64,000 nucleotides of DNA from Deltaproteobacteria bacterium (GTDB lineage: Bacteria; UBA10199; DSSB01; JACPFA01): positions 4,709 to 68,708 of the forward strand of contig JACPFA010000025.1 in assembly GCA_016183235.1 (NCBI GenBank), written 5' to 3'. Positions 38,623 to 46,800 of the stretch are shown piece after piece. Position 1 is the first letter of the stretch. Each line of letters begins with the position of its first letter. The translations under genes and the position numbers were made by a program. The notes under the pieces are model-generated. The model ran no database searches and was not told the origin of the DNA. It worked only from the letters and a program-made list of their open reading frames with translations.

Positions 38623-39243
38623 ATGCCCGCTGGTGAGATAGCCCCAAGCCATGCCGGTGGCAAGGCCCAGCCCGTGGGCCATGTTGGCAACGTTACCCAT
38701 GAGGCCCGTGAGGCAAAGAAAAAACCAGGCGATCATCATGATGACCACTTGGCGATTCAAGACGATATTAAAGTAGGGGTCAAGCTGTCCGCGAATCCAC
38801 AGAAACCCGAGCAGACCATAAACCACGCCCGACATGCCGCCAAACAAGGGGCCGCTCCATAAAAACTGTGCTATATTTGAAAGAGCGCTGGTTACCAATA
38901 CCAAGGCAAGCAAGTAAAAAGAACCCATGCGAAATTCAATGATCCCCCCCAAGTCTTTTAGCCAAAGCATATTAAAGATGAGGTGAATAATCCCAAAATG
39001 TAAAAACATGGGGGTGAACAACCGCCATACTTGCCCCTGAAAAATTTCGAGTGATTGGGTTTGCATAAAGATGGAAGGCAGATCGGGTTGAATGAAGCTA
39101 CTGAAAAAGAGCTGATGCACCGGGCCGATCTTACTGCCTAATTGAGAAAAAAGACTAACCGCAATGGATAGGGTGATGAGTGCAATAGTGATGGGTGATT
39201 GGCGCATCATGGAATGGGTAAGCTTAATCAAGTTTTCGGGCAA
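38602..39243 (-). CDS. rhomboid family intramembrane serine protease
   Basis: 213 aa with 6 TM spans. HFGIIHLIFNM (H/N) and GGMSGVVYGLLG (GxSG) motifs, later His in ANMAHGLG. Confidence 0.85.
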   Translation of the reverse strand: MPENLIKLTHSMMRQSPITIALITLSIAVSLFSQLGSKIGPVHQLFFSSFIQPDLPSIFMQTQSLEIFQGQVWRLFTPMFLHFGIIHLIFNMLWLKDLGGIIEFRMGSFYLLALVLVTSALSNIAQFLWSGPLFGGMSGVVYGLLGFLWIRGQLDPYFNIVLNRQVVIMMIAWFFLCLTGLMGNVANMAHGLGLATGMAWGYLTSGHLGSDRK

Positions 39244-39709
39244 AACTCAAGTCACAAGCGCCATCGGCTGAACTATCGAAGCAGGTGAGCAATAAATCAC
39301 CGGTTTGAAATTTAACCAGGACAGAATCGGTAGCCAGATCAACTTTGCTTTGAGTGTCGAGGATAAAACCATTACAACCAAGAGTTTCGGACTCAAAGGC
39401 GTAATAAGAATCGCCTTTGGAATTTTGTTTGATGGTGCGTTGGCCCGTGAAGCGGTCACCCTTTTTTAAATTAGAATCTTTGGCAGGGTCTTGAATAAGC
39501 ACCGTGAGATTAAAACCTTCTTGTAGAATGGTAAAGTCGCCCAGCGCAAAACCAGTGCAATTGCTATCGCGGGCCTGATAATCGCCGCTTAAATCGCCCT
39601 GAATCATAGATAAATCAGACGAGATATCGGTAAACTCCCCACCACCACAGGCTGGCATGATTAACCAACCCATTAATATTATTAAGTATTTATTCATAAA
39701 CTTATACAT
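39224..39709 (-). CDS. lipoprotein, function unknown
   Basis: 161 aa with lipobox IMPAC followed by GGG. 20-nt overlap with the rhomboid start. Confidence 0.6.
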   Translation of the reverse strand: MYKFMNKYLIILMGWLIMPACGGGEFTDISSDLSMIQGDLSGDYQARDSNCTGFALGDFTILQEGFNLTVLIQDPAKDSNLKKGDRFTGQRTIKQNSKGDSYYAFESETLGCNGFILDTQSKVDLATDSVLVKFQTGDLLLTCFDSSADGACDLSFARKLD

Positions 39710-39790
39710 GGATTCCCCTGCTTGACGCCATCTATCTTTTCGGCAAAGTGAGCCTTAAAGTTTCTTCTAGGAACTTCGATTGGCGGCTCC

Positions 39791-39826
39791 TTGACATTTT
39801 TGCTAAGATGTGTAGACTCTACACAT
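39791..39826 (+). promoter_or_regulatory. candidate promoter plus 19-bp palindromic operator of vapBC
   Basis: TTGACA (39791-39796). Perfect palindrome ATGTGTAGA-C-TCTACACAT (39808-39826) covers a TAGACT -10-like hexamer. AGGAG and the ATG follow directly. Confidence 0.4.
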
Positions 39827-39836
39827 AGGAGCCATT

Positions 39837-40049
39837 ATGCCTACCAATCTTGCCATTGATGATTCGTTGCTTAATCGTGCTTTAAAAGTAAGTTCTTTTC
39901 GTACAAAACGAGAGACCGTCAATGTCGCCTTGCAAGAATTTATTGAAAGGCGAGAACAAAAAAAAATTCTTCGTTCTCTAGGAACCATCGAATTTCGCAA
40001 AAATTGGAATTATAAAAAAGAGCGAAAAGGCCGTGAATATCATCGTTGA
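39837..40049 (+). CDS. vapB: VapB-type antitoxin (Arc/MetJ-like, DUF2191-like)
   Basis: 70 aa, MPTNLAIDDSLLNRALKVSSFRTKRETVNVALQEFI is the common type of VapB N-terminus. Overlaps the PIN gene by 17 nt. Confidence 0.75.
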   Translation: MPTNLAIDDSLLNRALKVSSFRTKRETVNVALQEFIERREQKKILRSLGTIEFRKNWNYKKERKGREYHR

Positions 40050-40455
40050 CACCTCTGTTTGGTCCTTAGTACTAAGAAGAAATCACGTTGATGAACATAA
40101 TCCTTACGTTATTGCGTTTCGTTCCCATCTTGAAAAAGGGGATTGTTTCTTCTTGCTGGGTAGTATCTTACAAGAACTTTTAGATGGAATAAAGAGCGAA
40201 CATAGTTTTGAATATCTTGTTAAACTTTTAAAGCCATTTCCGTTGGTTCCTATCAGTCGAGAAACTTATATTTTAGCCGCCCGTTTAAGAAATCAGCTTC
40301 GCAAAAAAGGGGTTCAAGCCAGCCCCGTTGACTTTTTAATCTCAGCGGCCTCCATCGAGCATGAATACCCTTTGCTTACAGCCGATCATGATTTTCTACT
40401 CATAGCAAAATATTGTTCTTTATCTCTGATTAGCTTTCCACTGGTGAATAAATAG
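40033..40455 (+). CDS. vapC: PIN domain toxin
   Basis: GTG start. IIVDTSVWSLVL.., QELLDG, later LLTADHDF. Canonical PIN acidic residues. Confidence 0.85.
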   Translation: MNIIVDTSVWSLVLRRNHVDEHNPYVIAFRSHLEKGDCFFLLGSILQELLDGIKSEHSFEYLVKLLKPFPLVPISRETYILAARLRNQLRKKGVQASPVDFLISAASIEHEYPLLTADHDFLLIAKYCSLSLISFPLVNK

Positions 40456-41673
40456 CCCCGAGCGTAATTTAGGTTCAAACCAGGTAGATTTTGGGGGCAT
40501 GATGAGGCCTTGGTCGGCGATAGCCATCACTTCTTGCATTTGCGAAGGGTAGAGAGAAAAGGCCACTTGAAATTTCTTTGAGTCGACAAGATGCACCAGT
40601 TCTTCGGTGCCACGAATCCCACCGACAAAATCAATGCGTTTGGAAGTGCGGGGGTCGTCAATCCCCAAGATGGGCCCTAAAAGATAGTTTTGCAAAACTG
40701 CGACATCGAGTAATTCCAATAAATTTTTTTGGGCAGAGACATGCAAGCGAGGTGTCATTACATACCATTTTGTATTTAAATACATGCCATAAGTCTTGGG
40801 GGTGGCGGGGCTGGATAGACTCGTGGGTTGAATTTCAAAATGTTCTTTAACTTTATTCAAAAAAACTTCTTCGGTTAGGCCGTTTAGATCTTTCACCACA
40901 CGGTTATAGGGTAAGATCTTTAATTGGTTATCAGGGAAAATAACCGCTAAGACATAGTGATAGCTTTCAGTTCCTAAAGCATGAGGGTTTTGTTGTAATA
41001 ATTTTTGGCGTGCGCGTGAACTGGAGGCGGAACGGTGGTGACCATCCGCAATGTAGAGGTTATCGATTTTTGAAAACTGTTGCGTCAAGTTTGCGATGGC
41101 TTGCGCGTCATCGATAGCCCAGCCGGTATGGGCAATGCCGTCTTCGGCAGTAAAGTCAAAAATCGGCGAGTGGGCTTGGGCCCAACGTGCAGCTAGCTCA
41201 TGAATCCCCTGCTCGTCACGGTAAGCTAAAAAAACCGGTTCTGCTTGCGCCGATAGGGTGAGAATATGTTGGGTGCGGTCGTCTTCTTTGTCGGGCCGGG
41301 TTTTTTCGTGTTTTTTAATTTTGTTTTGGTCGTAGTCGTCAATCGAGCAAACAGCGACTAAGCCCAATTGCTGATGCTCACCCATTTTTTGTTGATACAA
41401 ATAAAAGTTGGGGGTGGGATCTTTTTGTAGCCACTTTGCTTTTTCAAATTTTGCTAAATTCTCACGAGCCTTTTGATAAACTTCGTTGGAATAGAGTTCA
41501 GTTTGAGGCGGCAAATCAATTTCAGATTTGACGATGTGCAAAAAGCTGTAAGGATTATCGTGCGCAAGCTTGCGCGCTTCGTCGGAGTTGATGACATCAT
41601 AGGGGAACGACGCTATTTGTTTAGCTAAAAATGATGTGGCTCGTAGAGCCGAGAAAGGTTTGATGGTGACCAT
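40420..41673 (-). CDS. DUF1015 family protein
   Basis: 417 aa. N-terminal IKPFSALR..PYDVINSDEAR, ADGHHRSAS and C-terminal STWFEPKLRSGL are typical of DUF1015. Convergent 36-nt overlap with vapC. Confidence 0.85.
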   Translation of the reverse strand: MVTIKPFSALRATSFLAKQIASFPYDVINSDEARKLAHDNPYSFLHIVKSEIDLPPQTELYSNEVYQKARENLAKFEKAKWLQKDPTPNFYLYQQKMGEHQQLGLVAVCSIDDYDQNKIKKHEKTRPDKEDDRTQHILTLSAQAEPVFLAYRDEQGIHELAARWAQAHSPIFDFTAEDGIAHTGWAIDDAQAIANLTQQFSKIDNLYIADGHHRSASSSRARQKLLQQNPHALGTESYHYVLAVIFPDNQLKILPYNRVVKDLNGLTEEVFLNKVKEHFEIQPTSLSSPATPKTYGMYLNTKWYVMTPRLHVSAQKNLLELLDVAVLQNYLLGPILGIDDPRTSKRIDFVGGIRGTEELVHLVDSKKFQVAFSLYPSQMQEVMAIADQGLIMPPKSTWFEPKLRSGLFIHQWKANQR

Positions 41674-41680
41674 GGTACAC

Positions 41681-41764
41681 TGTCATCGCGAGCGAAGCGT
41701 GGCGATCTTCTGTTTTAATACTGAAGATTGCTTCCCCCGGATCAAGTCCGGGGTCGCAATGACA
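41681..41764. repeat. SPE doublet, A-like termini with a B-like right interior
   Basis: TGTCATCGCGAGCGAAGCGTGGCGATCTTC tgttttaatact GAAGATTGCTTCCCCCGGATCAAGTCCGGGGTCGCAATGACA. Abuts the mtaB stop. Confidence 0.85.
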
Positions 41765-43063
41765 TTATATTAAACTCCCTCTAAAAATCCCCCCTAATTC
41801 TTCGGTTAATTTCACAAGGTGAATTTCTTTTCGCAACTCGCGCTCCGATTGCACCTGCACTCGCAAATAATTCTTGGTGTAACCCGAATAGCGGGGGTGA
41901 TCATTTTGGTCAAATAGCACAGGCATGCTACACCCCACAAACTTTTTTGCATAATTAGCTTTTTGTTTTTGCATGAGGCTTGCCAAAACTTTGCTGCGAT
42001 GTTTGATGACCTCGGGGTCAACATGCTGAGGTAATTTAGCAGCAGCTGTGCCAGTTCGATCGCTGTAGCGAAAAACATGCATATAGGTGAAGGGTTGTCG
42101 CTCAATAAATTCTAAAGTATTTTGAAAATGTTTTTCGGTTTCGCCCGGAAAGCCAACAATCACATCCGTGCCTAAAGCGGCATTGGGAAGATAATGCTGA
42201 AAACGTTCCATGAGCCGTGCGTAATCGGCCAGGCGATATTTGCGGTTCATGGCTTGCAAGAGATCGTCATTGCCGCTTTGCAAAGGGATATGCAAATGCG
42301 GGCAGATCGTTTGTGAATCAGCAATGGTTTGGAGCAATTCATCGGTAACGGTGTTGGGTTCAATCGAGCTGATGCGAATTCTTTTAAGGTCAGAAATTTT
42401 TTCTAAGCCCTTTAATAAATCTACCAAATAATAAGTTTGATCTTGGGTAATTTGATAAGTGCCAATGTTAATGCCGGTGAGCACAATTTCTTGATAGCCT
42501 TGTGCAGCCAGCAACTGGGCTTCGCTTAAAGTATTTTCAAAAGGGCGGGAGCGTGCCTTGCCCCTTGCAAAGGGAATGATGCAGTAAGAGCAGTAATAAT
42601 CACAACCCTCCTGCACTTTTAAAAACGCCCGGGTGCGATTTGTCGCAGAGATAAAACCGTCCACACTCACTTCATCAAACTCACCGCGATCGTTCACGAT
42701 GGTAAGCACTTCTTGCGATTCATGATTGGCAAGGGTTTTAAGATGATCGAGGATTCGATATTTTTCATCGGTTCCCAAAATGAGATTCACCCCTTCAATG
42801 GCCTTAATTTCCTCAGGTTTAATTTGGGCGTAACAGCCGGTAACCACCACGCGGGCTTGTGGTGAAGTGCGGATGGCTTGGCGAATGGCGGCGCGGCTTT
42901 TGCTGTCAGCGTCGTTAGTGACGGTGCAGGTATTAATAATGGTAAGGTCAACCGGTTCGGCAAAATCACGCACCGCGAAGCCGGCTTTTTTAAATTGGTC
43001 AGCTAGGGCGTCGGTTTCGGATTGGTTGAGTTTGCAACCCAAGGTTTTAAAACTCACCGTCAT
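41765..43063 (-). CDS. mtaB: MiaB-like tRNA methylthiotransferase (MtaB type)
   Basis: Start set at MTVSFKTLGCKLNQSETD. Radical SAM CDYYCSYC. The longer ORF start at 43147 is the CAT of a TGTCAT repeat terminus. Confidence 0.85.
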   Translation of the reverse strand: MTVSFKTLGCKLNQSETDALADQFKKAGFAVRDFAEPVDLTIINTCTVTNDADSKSRAAIRQAIRTSPQARVVVTGCYAQIKPEEIKAIEGVNLILGTDEKYRILDHLKTLANHESQEVLTIVNDRGEFDEVSVDGFISATNRTRAFLKVQEGCDYYCSYCIIPFARGKARSRPFENTLSEAQLLAAQGYQEIVLTGINIGTYQITQDQTYYLVDLLKGLEKISDLKRIRISSIEPNTVTDELLQTIADSQTICPHLHIPLQSGNDDLLQAMNRKYRLADYARLMERFQHYLPNAALGTDVIVGFPGETEKHFQNTLEFIERQPFTYMHVFRYSDRTGTAAAKLPQHVDPEVIKHRSKVLASLMQKQKANYAKKFVGCSMPVLFDQNDHPRYSGYTKNYLRVQVQSERELRKEIHLVKLTEELGGIFRGSLI

Positions 43064-43141
43064 GGGTTGGTTGGCACTTCTTAACATAAAGTTTGGGTAG
43101 CCAAGGATTTTGCGAAAAACAAGTGGAAATTTGGAATATAA

Positions 43142-43211
43142 TGTCATTCAGAGCACAGCAGGGTTCCATGTCATTGCGAGCGAGCCCCATTGGCGAGCGT
43201 GGCAATCTTCC
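43142..43211. repeat. two tandem SPE half-units (truncated C-like unit + type A)
   Basis: TGTCATTCAGAGCACAGCAGGGTTCC then TGTCATTGCGAGCGAGCCCCATTGGCGAGCGTGGCAATCTTCC. Confidence 0.8.
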
Positions 43212-43246
43212 ATTTTATTCTTCAATTCATCTGCAAATAGAGCCAC

Positions 43247-43480
43247 GTCTTTTTGAAAAGTAGAGAGGGCCTATCCTTGTTTGCAAACGCGCACCGTTCG
43301 CCCTACTGTTCGCCATCTGTCATTGCGAGCCCAGCAGGGCGAAGCAATCTCTTCTGTTTAAGCGATGGGATTGCCGCGCCCGTTGGGCTCGCAATGACAG
43401 CATTTGCATTGCCTTCGTGCGGGCTCTCTCCTGGTAATGTTTTCAAACAAGGATAGGCCCTCTCTACTTTTCAAAAAGAC
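43247..43480. repeat. long hairpin element LHE-D1 (234 bp) with a nested type A doublet
   Basis: Outer arms GTCTTTTTGAAAAGTAGAGAGGGCCTATCCTTGTTTG / CAAACAAGGATAGGCCCTCTCTACTTTTCAAAAAGAC. Confidence 0.85.
43318..43399. repeat. SPE type A doublet nested in LHE-D1
   Basis: 82 nt, TGTCATTGCGAGCCCAGCAGGGCGAAGCAATCTC..CCCGTTGGGCTCGCAATGACA. Same length and right half as the copy inside LHE-F1. Confidence 0.9.
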
Positions 43481-43505
43481 TTCTCCGCAAATATTTGAAG
43501 AGATA

Positions 43506-43725
43506 TAAAAAGTTTTACTGAGAGGGGCTAGGGGGTAACTTGAGAGCCTTTTAGCGCAGGAGGTCGGCTGTAGGAGGGCTTAAAAATTTTATTGTTTTTT
43601 TGAATTAGAGGATGACAGAGGAATACTCTAATTCAATTAAAAACAAAAAATTTTTAAGCCCTCCTTAAGCCGACCGGGCGCGGGCTCTCAAGTTACCCCC
43701 TAGCCCCTCTCAGTAAAACTTTTTA
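43506..43725. repeat. long hairpin element LHE-D2 (220 bp)
   Basis: Layers: TAAAAAGTTTTACTGAGAGGGGCTAGGGGGTAACT.. / ..AGTTACCCCCTAGCCCCTCTCAGTAAAACTTTTTA, then GAGAGCCTTTTAGCGCAGGAGGTCGG / CCGACCGGGCGCGGGCTCTC, then an A/T stem. Core GAATTAGAG-GATGACAGAGGAATA-CTCTAATTC. Confidence 0.9.
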
Positions 43726-43823
43726 GGTGAGCGATGTTTAAATGATGTGGGGAATTTATGTTAGCAACCCTTTGAAAGGGTTGTCGATTTGAGTAGATAG
43801 GTCAAAATCGTGCGGTTTTTATT

Positions 43824-46800
43824 ATGACAAATGATCCCATTCGCAATGAGGGGTCCACTAGTTGGTGGGATCCTTTTTATTTTCGTGTTGAGTCAGGGCC
43901 AACTAAATTAGCTGATAAACCTGATCCGAGCCTTGTTCAAGCTTTGCACTTGCGAGGTAGTGAACTGTTGCGTTTTGGCGATGAGCAGCAAAAAACCGTC
44001 GGGGCATCCTTATTACAATGGGTTGAAGCGCAAGGGGGATATGAAGGTGAATTGGCCGCGAGTGAATTATGTAAAGGCGGGGCTGAGAGCAAGCGAGGGT
44101 GTAGCGGGGTTGAGCGAGTGGTGGGGGGAGCTACACAAGTGATGCAGAATTTGGATGTAGGCGATGTGGCATTATTAGCCGGGGTAGGGTTGTTGGGGCA
44201 AGCGACGCGTAATGGGGTCATGTCATGGATGGGGAGACGAGTCGAGAGTTGGTGGAACCGCGGAACGGTGGGAACGGTGCTAGCCCGAGGGGTTGGAGTT
44301 ACGACCGAGGTAGCTGGAATTACGGGAATTGGGGTGGCTGAAAAATTAAAGCATGGAGAATCAGTAAACCTAGGGGACGAAGCTTTACGAACGGGGGTTG
44401 GATGGTTGGGCTTGCGTTTAGGGATGTTGGGGGTGGGTGGTACGGCACAGGCTTTCCATTATGTGGGCAGATATGAGGTGCCGAGGTTAGTTGGAGGGAT
44501 GACATTCACAAGGGTGACGAGTGCTTTCGTCGGAGGTACTGCGGGAATGGTAGGGGCAGAAACGTTATTTGAAAGTTCAGACGGTTTATCGAAACGAGCT
44601 TTGAGTCAAAAAGTTTATCAAGCAGCCACGACACAAGCCAAATTTATGGTGGGGATGCGAGGGATCCACGCCTTATTTCCTAGCGTGGCACATGCCAGCC
44701 AGCGCTTATCTGTTGCGCATGTTTATTTACAACGCGGGATTCAGCCAAAAACAATCACGCCTCCCAATGGGTTTGACCGATTTTTAGGAACCCTTTCTTC
44801 TTATGGTGCCTGGCAGCCCGCTATGGCTTTCCCCGGGCGTGTAGAAGGGCCACTCAAAGGAATGCAATTTGGTGCTTTAGTTGAGCCGGCTTTGGGTGCC
44901 GGTCGTGGTGGTGCTAATCGCCGGGTTAAGGTTGATGAAAGTAGACCGCCGATGGGTGTGGTGCCGTTTTTTGGAACAAGATTTGAAAAAACTCCGACTC
45001 AATTTCAAGTTCCCAATCCTGAAGCAATTGCCAGCTGTTTAGCAGCAGATCCTACTTATGCTGCACAGTTACTCGGTCATTTTGGCCTAACGACCCATGC
45101 CTTAGATATACGTGCCTTTGCCCGTGGTTTTAATCTCGCCCGCCAAAATCCCGAAACCGTGCGCACTACCGCGTGGGATCTTGATGAAGTGCAATTGCAT
45201 TGGGCCCTGACACCGGCGGGCCTACTACGTGGCAACGGTAGAGGACAGGACGCCCGGTATCATCATACAGACCCCAAAGTTTTTGACCCTCAAACTTATC
45301 AGCCCTATCAGCCCCGTCATAAACCCAACCCCCTGCTACGTGCGGTGTATTGGGCTATGGATGGTTTTCGTTTGCGCCAAGAAATGCAGTTGCATCCGGG
45401 GGTGCCGGCCTATGAGTTAGGTTTGCGCCTGGGTCAAGCCGACAATCTTATTTTGTGCACCACCGGGCCCTCAGGTCGTTTTATGATCTTGGCCAATGAA
45501 GTGCCGGCGTTGAAATATATTTATTTTGGTAAAGGCCCTGATGAATTGGTCACCGACCGCGACGTGCGTCATGCACCTAACATTTACACCCGTGAACATT
45601 TGGCTATGGCCATGCAACAGGCAGCTAGCTTGCGTTATCTGGCCGATGAACATCCTCTGGTGGTTGATTATGTTCACCGGGTGCAAAATAATCCTAAAGG
45701 TGGGGCCAAGCTCAAACATCCAGCCTTGCCTTTGTTGCTAGCCAAGGCGGGCATTGCCAAGCGGCCCTTCAATCGTTTGGTCGATGATTCGTCTTCTACT
45801 TATAAAATGTTGGCCGCCTTGCCTGGCTTTACCATCTATCAACCTCCGTCCAACCGTAAAAAGTTTTCCCTTTGGCCCTTGTCGTTCTTAAATCTTACTT
45901 TAGGCACTTCTAGTGGTTATTTAAATCGGATGAGTGGTTATTATGTTGATGATTTGGCCAATGCCATGGGCAATGGTTATCAATCCGTTCGGTTGCCTCG
46001 CACTGCACCGATTCCTGCCGATTATCCTCATCAACGTCTTGCGATCGAACTCCCTTGGTGGCGCCACGACCGCGAATACTTTGGCCCCATGCGCGACATT
46101 AAGGCAGACGCGCGGGCCGTTCGTGCAGCCCATTTGCCGCCGACGTTTAAAAATCGTTATGTAGCCATGCGCCATGGTCTAGCGCGTAGTAACTCGTACG
46201 ATCAGGTGGTGAGTGATCCAGCTCGGGCAAGCCTGCCGAAATGGGGGCTTGAGCCTGAAAGCCGCACTCATATGCGTGAGTCGTTTAACAAATGGTTTGA
46301 TAGCAATCAGCCACAAATTGAAGCGGCCCTGCAAGCCGGCAAGTTGCACATCTTCAGTTCTGATTTTAGCCGTGCCCGTGAAACCGCTGAAATTGCGGCC
46401 GCGGTTATCTATGAAAAAACCGGCAAACATATTGCAATTCAAATCGCTCCCGCTTTACGTGATCGAGGCTTTGGTGGGGCGGAAGGGCAAAGCCCTGCCG
46501 CTACTTACTATAACCAAGTATGGGCAGAAGATCCCAAAAATCCCCATCATAAAATGTTCGGGGCCGAATCGGCTCACGAGGTGCAAGGCCGCTTTGTCAC
46601 ATTCATGAAAGGTTTGGAAAAACGTTTTAGCGATGGTGACCACTTGGTATTACTTTTCTCCCACGGCGATCTGATGCGCATTGGCATGACGGCTGTAAAC
46701 GACATGAACCCTGGTTTACATGTGGAGCGCTTTGGTTATATCTTTAATGGGGACCCCATCGATATGCGACGCCAACCCAATATCGTTCAGGCGCCCACAA

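Noticed and set aside
43064-43147. 28-codon extension of mtaB starting at 43147
   Set aside because: That ATG is the complement of a TGTCAT repeat head. The conserved MiaB-family N-terminus (MTVSFKTLGCKLNQ) starts at 43063.
43253-43456. ORFs lying wholly in repeats or tRNAs (43253..43456, 26503..26799, 31977..32210, 30252..30506, 30462..30647, 12209..12406)
   Set aside because: Their reading frames consist of palindromic elements or tRNA genes. The peptides are repeat-derived (e.g. ..VIASPAGRSNL..) with no independent coding signal.
43590-43650. Hammerhead or other small self-cleaving ribozyme in the LHE core hairpin
   Set aside because: I looked for CUGANGA..GAAA-type cores around the conserved GATGACAGAGGAATA loop and could not assemble one. 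It cannot be excluded without a covariance-model scan.
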